A stretch of DNA of 64,000 bases from positions 10,355,875-10,419,874 of the forward strand of contig OZ316891.1 of the NCBI GenBank assembly GCA_973895155.1, in the 5' to 3' direction. The notes beneath the pieces are model-generated. The model was not told where the DNA came from. It worked only from the letters and a program-made list of their open reading frames with translations, and did not search any database. This stretch comes from Marsupella aquatica. Taxonomy: Eukaryota > Plantae > Marchantiophyta. Shown one piece after another: positions 19,326 through 33,008 of this stretch; within the stretch, counting starts at the first letter, position 1; each line of letters starts with the position of its first letter. The position numbers were made by a program, and so were the translations under genes.

Positions 19326-22300
19326 ATGTCTCCAATTACTGAAGAAATGGTTCGCAGACGTTCTGAGCACAATGATGGTGTACTGGAGACTCTAGAGGTT
19401 TGGCTATGTTCATCCTAAAGATTGCTTCTCCACATTATTAAAGATTACACATGATTCAACAAGTGACTCAACCTCCCAGTAACAAGTTATAACAGAGAAT
19501 GATTGAGGGCATTATTCCTCTTTTCAACAAGCTAGCTAGGCAATATCTTCATATATGGTGATCCTGTAGCAGTAGAGATAGCTTGAATATCCTAAGACCT
19601 CATGAAACACAATTATATAGTCTGCTTCACCACATACTGCAACCGTGAATCCTGATCTTACAAATGAAAACTACTTTAAAAGAATTGGACTTCAAACCTT
19701 TGATTGGTTATATCCACAAGAGTCTTTCAGTAGGTAGTAAGTTAATATACTTAGTTAGTAATGAGTGACTGAGTTTATTGCTGTATCCACAGAAGGAATT
19801 CAGTAGCTAGTTACTGCTGGTACACTCAGTGAAATTGTTCTCCTGATTAGCAAAATGATTAGCTCACCACTCAGGGTGTGTCAATAGATGTATGGTAGAA
19901 ACCATCAAGTTCAAAACATAGATCATGAAGTAAATACTTAGTGACCCAAATGAGCGCCTGAACACTATGGTCTGAGACTTAGGGAAATTGTTTGGTTTTC
20001 TTATTCTATAGAACATTGTCTTCCCTGCATTTCATTAGCATGATGAAAATAATTCTAATTACAATTCTCTGTGACTGTGCTTCATATGTGTACACTAGCT
20101 ATTGAGCTCAATGACTTAAACTGATGGAAAGAGCACGTTGACGTTAACTTGCAGGAACTAGTTCTCCAAGAAGAAGGCATTGATAAGATTGAAGTCTTGG
20201 GAAGACTTTGTCCAAACCTCAAGCAACTATACATGCCAAACAATCTTATTGCAAAAATTGGTATCAATGCCTACAGTAGATATCTTCACTCATGATGAAC
20301 TGTTTTAGATTGCTGACAAGTAACTCTCAACAAGTAATTGCTACTTTTGTTGAACAGACAAGATATTGCAGATGGTGTTCCTTTAGTGTCAATGTTCAAC
20401 TGAAATGAAAAGAGTTTTTTTTTAGTATGCACTGAAAAATGTGATTATATGCGTTGGCAGAGAACATGCATCGGCTGAAGTCACTTGAATATCTCAACCT
20501 GGCACTAAACAACATTGCAAAGGTACTGTAGCTATCCATACACTCCTCATTATTTTGTGCTTTTGTCCCATATTAACTTGAGTTTCCTACCTGATAGTCA
20601 TGTTTTCTGGTACTTGTTGTCTCTAGCTACTTAGGACCAAATAATTGAAGACCACCATGATTCATATGCTTGGCCAAAATTACATGTAAAACTCATTCAG
20701 GTGGAGGGTCTACATGGATGCGAAGTGCTGACTAAACTAGATTTGACGTTAAATTTTGTTGACAAAGAAAATCTACCAAGTGTACTGAGTCTTCAAGCCA
20801 ATGTTCACTTACAAGAATTGTAAGCATGTTCTCTCTTAGCTAGATTTCTGATCAAAAATGCAAAAAGGGAAATTTTCACAAATTTGGCTCTCGTCAATTT
20901 CTATAGATGGGCCTTAACTCTGATAAACTCAAATGTTATAGGTTGTCATCGTCATATTTGTGAACAAAGTCAAACAAGGGAAACTTCAGGAACTTCTCAA
21001 AATTTGGTAACTTACAAGCTATGTTGCGTATGTATATAAACTAAGATTTTATGATCATATATATTTCACCACACTGCAATGCCATTGGTATAGTGCTCAA
21101 GAATAGTGGACCAAATAATAGTTTTTGAGAGCTGGGATTTGACACAAATTCTTATTACTCGATTTCTCAGGTTCTTGACAGGAAATCCATGCTCAGATTT
21201 TCCACATTATCGCAAGTATGTGATAGCAGCTGTCCCATCTCTTAAGGTATACTGGTTGTGTTGAACTATGTTCTTAATTCTCATTTGAAATGCAAGGCAA
21301 GGATACTTACCACTAGGCAAGAAAACCTAGACAATCAAATGATAGGCAGCTTACATGCAGTTCATAATGACAAAGATCATCATGGCAGGGCATTAAAGCT
21401 ACTGTAGAAGTATTTGAATGTCAAAACAATGCATCTTGTGTACAATTCATGTTAAAAAATAATAATTCTCATCAAACCTATTGTTCACTCTGTAGCGCCT
21501 TGATGCATTTACAATCAAGCCTTCCGAGAGAATAGTTGCTCAACAAGTATGTATGTTCATGCCACTTCAATTTTTCTATGTACTAGGTTCTTCCGATAGT
21601 AAGAGACATCAATAAAGTTATATCCAAATGGTAATAGGTTTTCCAACAGGGATTGCAAGAATTGTTTTTCAAAGAATGATTAAAATCTACCCAATATCAT
21701 TGGACAAGAAATGGGGATATAGCAGAATCATTTGTAAATTATACTATTGGCCCAAAAGTTTTGTGTTTGTCCTCTCTAACCCTCTTTTGCAGTTACTCCA
21801 TACGGTAATTGTTTTGGCCCATCTTAGTAAATTGGTCCTTTTCTTTCATGGAACAACGGCCACAACCCCCACAATATCTTCTGCCCAACTTCATTCCAAA
21901 TTTGTCTCTCCTCCCCTCCACTTTTGTCCCTTTGATGCATTGCTCCTGACTTTGCTATCCATGAGACCAGAGGTTTCTCTAGGGAAGGGGACTTCCAGTC
22001 CCCATCCTTCCTTGTCACTCCTCAGAGAACCTGGTCACCCCTGTCATAGTAGCATGTATTTGAGGACTCTAGGAAAGGTACAGTGTTGTAGTTTAAATTG
22101 GGGCCGCACAGAGTGATTAATTGGAAAGTTTTGGGCCTGCTGAACTGCTGAAGAGAAGAAGAGTAATTTCTCAGTAACACTAGTGTAGATACGAGCTGTG
22201 TAGATGCGAGCTAGAATGTACTGGTTAGCTCAACATAGAAAATTAAGATATAGTAGCATTTTGAGTAAACAGAAACTAATTTGTAAAAGTACTGAGACTA

Positions 22301-25300
22301 AGAGATCATTTGATTGAATGATCAAAGAAAAAGTTGTGTATGGCGATAGTTATGGCAATTGATAAAATGGTAACAGAGCTCCAAGTTACTTAGAGAACTC
22401 TGTTCTTTGTGGGCTTGATTGTTACTGAACAGCTGACTAAGCTTTGGTTGTCAGGTCATGATCTCTGGAGGGAGGTCATTTTGGATTTCTAAAGCATATT
22501 CGGCAATAATTCATTTTCAGGAGTTTTATCAGCTACACAAGGAGCTGCTGGAGTGTCGTGGTATGCCTACGGATGACTCCAATTTTGAAGAATGTCAACA
22601 AGTCCACAAGTATGGTATAAACAAAACTTATTTTGACTGCAATAGACAAAGAAGATTAGCCCAATTAGAAAGTAACCTTTAATCTCAGCTTTTCTCAGTG
22701 TATGGACCTCGCCAGTTCTCAGTTTACTCATTTTTCCCACATTTTCCCTCCACCCTTTCCAACCCCACTTTCACCTTTCAGTAATCTTGCAAATGGCAGC
22801 TACCAGAAGTTTTCCCTTAGTTTGCACAAGGTGGCTACTCATCTTTGCTAGATCTGAATGTGCTCCTTTGACATCCTAGATATGAACGAGTTGAGTATAT
22901 GGCCTGTTGGATGTAAGAAAATATTCAAATGGACACGTTGAAGACAAAAAAATTTCAGTGGATTAATTTCTAGCAACCCTCAATAGCTCATGTTTTGTAA
23001 TTTGTTTCCAATAAACATGTTGCTGCCCACACCCCCTGCGTGGAGTGCACGCCCTCAAACAGAGACAATTGGCATTTTACACAGAAGTGATTCTAACATA
23101 AGCAACTCTTCTATAGAACCCAAATCAATCAACATTTTGCTATAAACTTACTGGTATGGGCACTCGTACAGGGTGGACAAGAAGGGACAACCTGTGCGTG
23201 AGTATAGTGTTGCTACAAGAGTTGCAGAACATAAGGAGATGCAAGATATGAGGGGAGAGACAGAGAGGAAAACAAAGGCAAGCATCTACCTTTAGGCGTG
23301 ACTTTTGTGCTAATTGTGAATACACACTAGAATTCAGCCTTGTTGATAAGATTGAAAAAGTTATGACTTGGTGTATCAATAAACAAGTTTTATCTTTAAG
23401 ACAGTCTGTCCATTTTTCCTGAAGTTAATGAGTACATAAACAAAATCTCACATTGCACTATAATTTATGAATCAGTTAGTTAGATCACTTCAAACACCAC
23501 TTTTGATATTTGATAATGTGCTATAACTACAACTTCATGGAAATTCTGAGGCAAATCATTCACTTCTGTGTGAGTGGTTGCTCATGCAACCATCAGGAAA
23601 AGCTAACCTCAACATCAAAGATTTTGAATTCTTGTCCAAAAGACATTGGCACGGACCATCCATTAATTTTTCATATGGTTGACATTGTTACAGTCTCAAG
23701 AGCCTAAATCAAAGAGACGGAAGGAATTTGATCCCCTTCCAGTTGAGGGCCGCATCTTCCAAAAAAATGAAGGCGGGTATGACCAATCCGGCTACCAAAT
23801 TCATTGGTGATTATCATAATGTTCACTCCAATACATAAAAATGAAGTGAATAATAACAACAAGTTTATTCCTGGTCAGGCTGGTTGCTTGGCCTAGTAAG
23901 CTGCTTTCTTGGTTGGGGTCTCTATGCCCCCCCCCCCCCTTCTAAAAAACTATAATTAATATGGATTTCTTGTAAAGGAATGGGATCAATACAAGGGCAA
24001 TACAAGGTCAACACTTCTCAAGAAAAGAGCCTGCCATGATTTCCGGATGTACGTAAAACATGTGTAGGTTGGTGCCCCATGTTAATCACAGCCACCCCAT
24101 CTAGACAGAATTGACAGTAGCTGTCAAATGTGACGTAGTTCATTGATTCCCTGACATTTATCCTCCGTTGTTTAGATTCAAATCAAAAAGCAAGATTGAG
24201 GCTCATTGTGAGCCTTATTTACCTACTGTAGTTGCCCCCGCTCAGTGTCCACAAATTTTCAGGATTTTTGCAAGTGTAACAAGAGTGTGAGTGAACCCCA
24301 TTTTTGGGTGAGGTGAATGTTAAACTGGGAGAGTGAGTCCACAGGTTTCAATCCCGAGACCTGTCAAACCCCAATGATCTACACTACCACCGAGCCTGGT
24401 GCCAGGTGATAATTAACCAGATCTACTTGTGGCTAGTATTTAATCTAAGGCTGACGCTAGACACAGGGGGCAGCTACGTACAGGCTAATCAATACAAATT
24501 TGGCTAATCGATACAAATTTGCATTGATTAGCCTTGATCTTAACATACATTCCTAATATAAAGCTTTGATTATGACATTCATTAATTTATAATGGCAAGC
24601 AGTCTGATTTTTGGGGCACTAAGCTTAAGAATGAGTTCATGCATGCCCACCTAAACTAATTGCTTTGTCATGTCAAAAACAGATGGGGCTTCCAACTCAC
24701 AGAGAGTGATTGTGGCCGATTTGTCATCTTAGATGTTGTAGTAGGACGATATCTGGATACATCTTTGATTGATGTGGATGTCAACCCAACTTTGGTTCGT
24801 GTTCTTATCAAAGGGAAATTACTTCAACTCAAGCTACCCTGTGAGGTAATTGGCCTTTTGATAGCCAAAAGCCCGGCCAAAAGTTTTCTAGTACATTGCA
24901 TTGCATTGCATATATAGTAATGTATTGTCACGTTGAAAAGCTGGTTTGGTAGCTACACTGACTTTCATATCGAATTCATTCATACTCTCGTGCTAGACAG
25001 TGCACTTATTCAGTTTTGGAAATTGTTTGTAATTCTCTAACTAACTTTTACTGAATGTTATTGCATTTGCAGCATTAGGTCTTGTAGCAATATTAAGGAC
25101 TTTCAAGTTACTATAGCAGAATTGGGTCTCCTGGGATACACTCTACTTCACAATATATCTGATAAGGTCTTTCAGCTTTTAACTACATTGCCACTACAGA
25201 TGTTTTAATTTACAACAGTGCCATTGTTTTTTTGTTGCATTTATAAATACGCCACAGTTTTCGTATATTCCAACCCTTTTACTTTGTTAAACTTATCATC

Positions 25301-26147
25301 TTTCTACAAAACCGTGCCATATTTGAAAATACAAAAAAAACATGGCAAGCTTATCAAATTGGACATTTTTAGTGGCAAAGTAAAAGTTGTAAGGTCTTTA
25401 TATTTTTCAACAAAAAAAGTGTGTGTGTGTGTGTGGGGGGGGACCACAGTCACCCTAGCTCTTATTCCTTGCAGGATTCCTTGCAACCGGAAATCTGATT
25501 CAGGCCTGGGTAAAGACTTGATATGTGTCTGACAATATAATGATTTTTGTGCAGATAAAAGTTGATGAGAGTTACACACAAAGGTCAAGAATTACTGGGA
25601 ACCTATTGGTAACATTTCCTAAAGTAACTCCTGATATAAGGGGATCCTATAATTATGCATATACACATGTTCCACACCTCACCACATCCAAAGGGAGCAA
25701 CAAAGACCTGGATCAGAAACTGCAAAAAAGCATGGGCGACAAAACTAACTGCTCAGATGTTGTGAACATCCACCACATTTTCCATGAAACTACTCAAGCA
25801 AGGGCTGCTACAAAGGTACAGTCGTAGTGATATGAAGCCCATTCTTGCTCAGATAAGCAGTAGCACCTAGTCCTTGCAAGCACTTACTACTTTGTAAAAG
25901 GCTATCACACAAGAGCTAATTATTTGGCTAGAAAAGGTTTTTTTTTGGAAATCCCAAGTATGAATATATTAATCTCACTAGGCAGTTACTGATTGTTTTG
26001 ACAGCATTTTTAACAATTTATCATTGATTGCAGCTTAAATCATCCTTCACGGTCACAGGTGTAACGCAACCCCCTCCATTGATGCAATGCAAAGATACCC
26101 CCTTGGATTCAATGGAATGGGAGAAGGAGGTTCCCCCCTTGGAATAG
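19326..26147 (+). CDS. DNAAF11: Dynein axonemal assembly factor 11 (LRRC6/TilB), 12 exons, ~433 aa
   Basis: Exons 19326-19397, 20155-20260, 20461-20522, 20701-20819, 21171-21246, 21496-21546, 22521-22609, 23172-23277 (GC donor), 23694-23776, 24683-24845, 25555-25815 and 26034-26147 total 1302 nt in one frame. The protein has [15 protein letters not shown], LRRs ([29 protein letters not shown]), an LRRcap ([22 protein letters not shown]), [27 protein letters not shown] and terminal EVPPLE, all matching LRRC6. Confidence 0.95.
24336..24406 (-). mobile_element. Degenerate tRNA-derived (SINE-like) head in a DNAAF11 intron
   Basis: The minus strand has A-box-like AGGCTCGGTGGTAG and B-box-like GGGATTGAAACC at tRNA-like spacing, but no complete cloverleaf. 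Confidence 0.3.
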
Positions 26148-27596
26148 AAACTGTGTACATGACATTGAGGGTCTCTCATCTCATAATGATCCAGCCTCTC
26201 CAGACCTTCTTCACAACAAAGGAGTCTCATTAAGTAGCACTTGTCCTGGCATGTAACTATGACAAAAAGGCAAAGATCATCCTAAAAAAACCAGCTGTTC
26301 TTGTAAATGTTTTGGTGAAAGATTTTGCAAGCATACATAAATTAACCTGAATTCAACATTGCATGGTTGTGGGTGAATGGAGAGGATACAGCTCAATCTT
26401 CATGACAGAAGTGTAGAGATCTTGCAGGACTCCCTGGCTGTAGATTGCATCTACGGCAATCAAAAATATTTAAAAATGATGAATATGTCAAGCAACTTGC
26501 AATTATGTAAAACTAAATTTAAGCCAAGGATAACTTGGCTCGAGAGTAGATACCTGCCCTGTGTACCTCTATAGTTGGTTTGTCATTTATATCAAGGTTC
26601 TCCATGATGCCAAGGTAGAAAATCCACCCTCCTCAAATCCATAGATCCAAGGCCAAGGTCTGCAGTTGCAGTCTGTGCAAACTAGAGTGAAGCACAGTGA
26701 ATCATTATGCCTGCTTGGTTTAATTGCTATTCCTGTAGCTGAACTTTGCAATAAAAGAGTCTTCAGGTGAGTGTTCTATTTTTCAGAGCTTGCTTCCCCT
26801 CAGTCTTCAAATGCAAACTTGTGATTGTCTACCTGACTAGTAGCAACTTAGAGGACTGATAGCAACTTAGAGAAACAAAATGTTAGGTGCTATTCATTGA
26901 AGAGTGTGCATCTCCCAAGTCTTGTGGGCATCCAGAGGCAAGTCCTTCCCATTCCAAGTGGTTGGAGCCTGGCTTCTGGCCAGCCAGATCGCACTAAAAT
27001 GAACCCCGTGGATTGAATTTTACTCACAAGCAGTAAAGGTTCCCATCATCTATATGGTGAGGCATATATATAGGTGACCTGTTTACTATAATGCACAAGG
27101 CCTGCCAAAACTTTTCCATTGTTCCCATATCAAATGAGAACATTTTTTTGTCACTAAAGGACAAACTAACTTTGTCAAAAGTCAATTTACAAATGGGAAA
27201 AATATTATAAATGTCCTTTTGCACTCTGAATTTAAATTGGAAAGTCAGCAAAACAAATTCCAAAATGATACTTTTACAGTCAATTAACTTTGTGGACAGA
27301 CAATCTAAGTTCATCAAGCATGATTTTTTTCCCTCATCTCCGATGGGACCAAAAACAGACCATTGCATAGTTTGACTTTCTCAAAATCATGCCTTATTAT
27401 TCCTTTGAATAAAACAACATCATATGTGTGAAAGTTATTTTCAGAAACTGATCCCTAGCCTACACTATGCTTAACAAATCTTAGTCATCTTCTCCTCCCT
27501 GGTGAGAGCTGCCACAAGCCACTATGGCTAATCCCCCAAATCACAGCCTCTTTGGCAAAATCAGTCAATCCAGATGAATGTCAAACTTGTGGCTAT

Positions 27597-27765
27597 AATT
27601 AGGGCATCTCAAAGTTTCATAGTTATGGATGATGATTTTTGGCCATAAACAAATGACAATAGCTTTTTCACAAGGTTATGTAATGTTTTTTTCACTAGCC
27701 TCTACAATGACTTATGGCATATGACCAATCTTTATGACAGAAAGTTATGGATCATGAATTTGGTA
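27597..27765. repeat. Dispersed repeat related to 13316-13458 (inverted)
   Basis: The reverse complement shares AATTCAT..TCCATAA, CATAA.GATTGGTC, CATCATCC.TAA and CTTTGAGA..CCCTA with the 13.3-kb copy. Confidence 0.6.
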
Positions 27766-29002
27766 GTCCCTATTTCTGTTTGTAACTTTAATTACTAAGT
27801 TAAGATCCATTAAATTTTGAGATTTGAGACCCCCTTAGGTCTCCTGTCCAAACGGGGCACAATTACACACTCACAATCAGATCCCAACAGTGTCCATGCA
27901 CATAGCCATATCTGTACATGCACAGAGCCATATCTGCCCAACACCCAAGGTAAACACAAGATAGACTTGATGGGCCCTACAAGGCCTCATGAAATTTTGG
28001 GTACCTTGTTATAAGATCTATCAACAGGCTGGATCACTCAGGGGGTCCATTTTGGGGGTCCATCTTACTTATAAATCTCCAATTACAAGCTAGAGTTGAG
28101 GCTTAGGTTTCTAGAGCGAAGCCTCTAGACAGTAACTCCATGGCTCATCATGTGGATGAAAAAACTGATGTCTATAATGTATGTCATGTCAAATGATAAT
28201 CATGATTGCTTTTTGTTATGATTTCTATTTATATTAAAAATGTATCTCTATGTCCCCACCATATTATATGTGCATAAGTCGGATGTGGGATAGAAAAACT
28301 GAAAGTGGGATGTGCATAGAAAAGAGTACTATAATATGTTATGTATGATTACTAAAATGATGATATGCATGATAATTTTTTTATCATTTCATTAACCTTC
28401 AAAACATGTGAATAAGGAATATATTTTGGTGACATTTTTGTTGTCCTCCCCGTTATTCACGTTCAAAGAATAGGTAATCGGGGCTAGTCAAGTATAATTA
28501 TCTCTTGAGGTCTACATAGCCAAATGTAGCCTTCGTTGTGGGTGTACTAGCAATGCAATCCCTAACGACGGTGACCGACAGCTGTCATTCGGCCGTCCTA
28601 TGGCTGGGGGCCGGGAAGGTACAAAGCCTAGCGCTCGTGGTTCCATGGATCCCCCTTCAGACCACTGCCTCTCTCCCCTCCTATGAACGCCAGTCGAGAT
28701 CTGTACAGTACACATGTTTGGGGGAAACAACTCTAGTTTACTTGTACTCGAGAGAGAATCGACGTTTGTGGTGAAACCTGATGAGTCTCCAGAGCACCGG
28801 AGGCGAACCCTAATTGGTCTTTTCCTCGACAGATTTCACGCCTCGTGGCGATTTTACAATTCGCATTACTGTGCATGATCGTTCGTTCTCCTCGTCGAGA
28901 ACGGGATCGGGAACGAGGTTTCTAAGGCAATCCCGCGAAATTTGCGCGCTGCTGCGTAAGCCCGCCATTTCCGTGAAGAATGCTTGCTTATTTTCTGCTG
29001 CG

Positions 29003-29292
29003 GGGAGGAGGTGGAGGAGGTGGTGGTGGAGGAAGAGGAGGAGGAGGAGAAGGGGAAGTCGAGGCTTTATTCGAGTGTCGCGGCTATTAGTGCTTCTTTA
29101 GTAAAGAAACCTATGCCGAGTGCTTAATGTTCGTCGTCTACATTGGGGTTTCAAGGTGTAAAGGGAAATCGATTACGAGCTACGACTGACTAGCAGCAGC
29201 AGCAGCAGCCGAGGTGGCTGTGGCTGGCTGGTTTGCTGCAGAGGAAGGAAGGAACGAAGGAAGGAACGAAGGAAGGAAGGAAGGAAGGAAGG
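29003..29292 (+). repeat. Simple repeats (GGA/GGT)n, (GCA)n and (GGAA)n in the DDA1 5' leader
   Basis: Read directly at ~29003-29050, ~29193-29208 and ~29242-29292, immediately upstream of the DDA1 ATG. Confidence 0.85.
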
Positions 29293-29302
29293 GTGTGGAG
29301 GA

Positions 29303-30553
29303 ATGGGATCGCCGTTTGGAGATTGGCCATCCTATGATCCGCACAATTTCAGTCAGCTGAGACCTGCGGATCCTTCCGGGCATCCCTTGGTGAGTGAGTT
29401 AATTATGGAGTGCATGAGTGTGGTGTAGCACTTTTTGTGTGTAGATTTCTCTTTCTGCCTGCGAGTCGTTTGTTGTCTTCCTTTCACTTTTGATCTGCTG
29501 AAGGTGAAGGTTCTCTCTAAATTTCTCGTGCCGGGGCCTGTTTGGTTGGATAGTGTAGGTATGATGTACCCGGATGTCCTCGGTCTGTCTTTGTCATGCG
29601 TTCCAATAGCACAATAATCCGTTCACCGTCGTTTCTCGCATCATGATTTCTGAACTAGATATGGTGAATAATTAACTGCCGGACGAGGAATGTTCCTTTT
29701 CGGTATTTTGAGTCATGTTGTTGCTAGTTCTGTAATGAATGGTTGTGCGCTTGCAGCAAATCACCCTGGCTACTTACTACCCTACTCACAGTCGAACATC
29801 TCCGCCAGAAAATCAAGGTTAGTGAGCGTCTCGGTTCTTTCGGGTAGTTTCACTGCAACGGCTTTTAACGGCCTGGCATGCAACTGTGTAGGACTTGTCC
29901 TAGTCTCCACCGGATTTCCGCTTGACGATCTGATAGAAGGTTTGTCATCCAGGAATTCGTTCCATGTAGCATTAATCTAGTTTTATCCAGGACTTTCTGT
30001 CCCATTTCTCAGTCAGAGATGTCGCATATGTCATCCAGAAGCTTGATTGTCGATTTGAGATCGTCCTCTGGTTGGTTGCAGTAATCACAACGGAAGCTAC
30101 CAACATTCTTCTCAGACACTTGTATCAGCGGGCGGAACCGAAGGTGACTACTTAATTGCATTAAACACACCTCGGCCCGACGAGGGATTGGATAATTCTC
30201 TGCATGTCAGCTAAATGTAGCACATCCTCATGGCACGTTGAGAAGTAAACTTGTGGCTGAGTTGCTCCTCTTCCTTCAGCTTTGCACGGTGACCAAATTT
30301 CCAGGGTGTACTCACTCTAGACATGTTGTATATGGAATGACAACGCACCTCAGGATGACGATGCTTTCTGATGTGTAGCCTTGGGGGCACTTTTACCCAA
30401 ATACTTTGTTGAAATTCCGGTTTGATTTTGTTTCAGGCTAGACCGAAACGCCCAGCTGCAGATGGCGTCTCGGTGGACCATGCCAACAAGCACCCTAGAA
30501 TCACCTGCGGGAATGGTACCACCTACATAGATGGAGCATTCGGGGATGTGTAA
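29303..30553 (+). CDS. DDA1: DET1- and DDB1-associated protein 1, 4 exons, 108 aa
   Basis: Exons 29303-29389, 29757-29817, 30082-30143 and 30437-30553 (327 nt, GT-AG) give MGSPFGDWPSYDPHNFSQLRPADPS...[45 protein letters not shown]...KHPR, the plant DDA1 signature. Not present in the ORF track. Confidence 0.95.
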
Positions 30554-33008
30554 TGAAGCGATCGCGAGCTGCAGATAGCGATACGATGTAGAAATGTGAT
30601 GGATTGCAATGAACCTGGGAATTTTGGGAAGAAACCCTTAATTTTAACTCGACGCCCCACAGCATGCAGCAGTATATACATCATATGCTGACACGGTTTG
30701 AAGAGGGTCCTAATTTATTGTTATATGTAGCCTCCTTCGTCATAGGATGTTTACAAGTAGGTCAATTCCGTACATATCATCAGGCTTTAGTCATATACTC
30801 ATTTTTTGGTGACGGTTTAGCACGATCTTCAAGTGTAATTTATGATTCTTAGTTCCAGACCGCGCCATCTTCGTTGGCGTTGTCGTTTACATTTTTTCTG
30901 TGCAAACGCATAGGACTTGCCCCGGCTCATGGCATCTGAAAACATGTTGCCATTGGCCTGTTTCTCAAAGTATGTAGTGGGGTCAAGGATTTTGGACCAG
31001 TCTCAACTGCATGTAGTTGTATTTCTGACTGTGTCAAGTCTCGTTGATGCCCATGTAGGCGGTGGACATTGCAAGCTTCAGAAAATTCACCGCTGGCTCA
31101 GTGCTAGCATTGTGTACGATCTCAATTTAGACCTAGGATTTTAACGGAGGTCTAAGTGAGTGGATTATTTACTACGATATCTGTAGGCTTCTCTTGCAAG
31201 GACACTCGTAGTATCGACTGTTCCAAGCAACTGTACGTTCACAATTGGATGTGCAAGTTCTTCGGATTCCTTAGTTGGAATATTGTGATCTGTCAATTCT
31301 GTAATTTGCATCACATTAAAAGATTTGTGGAAGATTGCATTAGCTCAGGAACATTGTGCATATTCGAACTAAAGTCTAGTACGTTCACTTCCTGTCGTGG
31401 TGTGAGGTTTGTGTAGTACTTCGTCAACCCAGTTGTTTAAGACATCTTCAAGCTACACATGACGGGGCGTGTTTTCAATTATGTTGTATATGACTTGGCA
31501 TTGAACCGCTTGTTCTTATGAATTAGCGATGAAATCGGCTCGGGACGAAGTTGCAAGCAGAACCCACGATGCTACTAACCGTGCTTACTTGGAAGTAACT
31601 GTGACAGTGGACAGTTGCCGTAGCAGACGACAACTTTCCCTGGCAGAATTGATTCATCGTTGCACTGATACAAGACCAAGAAGAGCTTTAACTGTTGACA
31701 TGTCAATTGTCCCCCACGAAGTGCAACACAATGGAGACCCAAAGTCCAGTAGAATGAAATGTTTTAACTCTATTTGTGTTTCATGTTTTATTTACGTTTA
31801 AATAGGGCGGTGGCATATGGGTATCAGTGTGATGATTGATCAACTCTGCTGGGAAAAATCTAGCCTGCCACAGTGCAGCGGAACTGTTCCAGTTACTGAT
31901 ATATTCGAACTTCTGTTCTTAGGGAACATAGTTCCAACGTGAGCGTACTCGTTACATTTGGAGGTCCACTTGACATTTGAAGGTCCGTAGCATTTCATGC
32001 CAACATTGTATCTATGGAGTTCATCAAAGAGTTGGCCTTGTAAACAGACAGGACATTGGTTATATTCTGGAATATTGCATCGTGGTTTAGTCAGTGCTCA
32101 CGTCTGGATCAGGCAAATTGACAAGAAAAGAGGAGCTGTCATTTCTGACCCCGAGGATCAAAGAGGAGGAGCTGTCATTTCTCACAGTTTTGTAGCTCCT
32201 GCACAGCAGGAAAAACCCTGCCCGAAGACAGGTGATCGTTAATCAGCAGCTCATTTGTTACGCGATAACAGAAATAGCCTTGCAAATTGCAAAACCGTGA
32301 ATAGGCTTGCTGACATGGCCAATTTGTGGCATCAGACGAGTGACCACGATTGGGCTCCATAAGAATATGAAAGAAATATTCCTCGCTGGGCTTGGATCAC
32401 AATTTGAGGAGTAGATGCCCATGAGAAGAGACTACACTTCTCAATGATTTTCATCGGTGCCTTTGATGAGATTCTTCACTAGTGACCGTGCTTCAAACAC
32501 AACGGCTGAAGAAGTGCGTTGGACTTCTAGGGAAGAAGGTGAAGTTTTGGTACTAGCGTCAGTGCATGAAGAACAGGGCATGGAAGCTCGTTTCTAGCTT
32601 GTAAGATGGCAAGAGAAGGGAAATCAGGCCAGAGACTACGAGCCACACAACTGGCTCAAGTGATCTCAAGCTCTGAAGAGAACCTGTTGCAAACTGGTAG
32701 TCCAGCACATACTCTGGATCCACTGAGCATTTTGGTCACGAGCTTTAAGAACAAATACGCGCGCCTCAATCTAAAGTCAAAGCCTTTGCTGCTGCCTTTC
32801 CTGAAGTTTTATCATATATTCAATACAATTGATGCAAGCGAATCCGTGGTTATCATGGCCTTAAATGAAAATACGCAACCAAAAGCTAATGTATGACATT
32901 GATTCAAAATAATCAGAGCCATCTTATGCTCAAAGTTTACAGTTCCCACATTGGAACACTCACAGAAGGCTTCTCTGTTTTTATACAGTTGAATACACTC
33001 TCTTTGTC

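Noticed and set aside
24336-24406. tRNA gene
   Set aside because: Only degenerate A/B boxes; acceptor and anticodon stems cannot be formed, so it is kept only as SINE-like.
13316-27765. Inverted repeats flanking DNAAF11 as the ends of one giant element
   Set aside because: The copies are short, diverged and internal to separate MITE-like sequences, with no shared TSD; independent insertions are more parsimonious.
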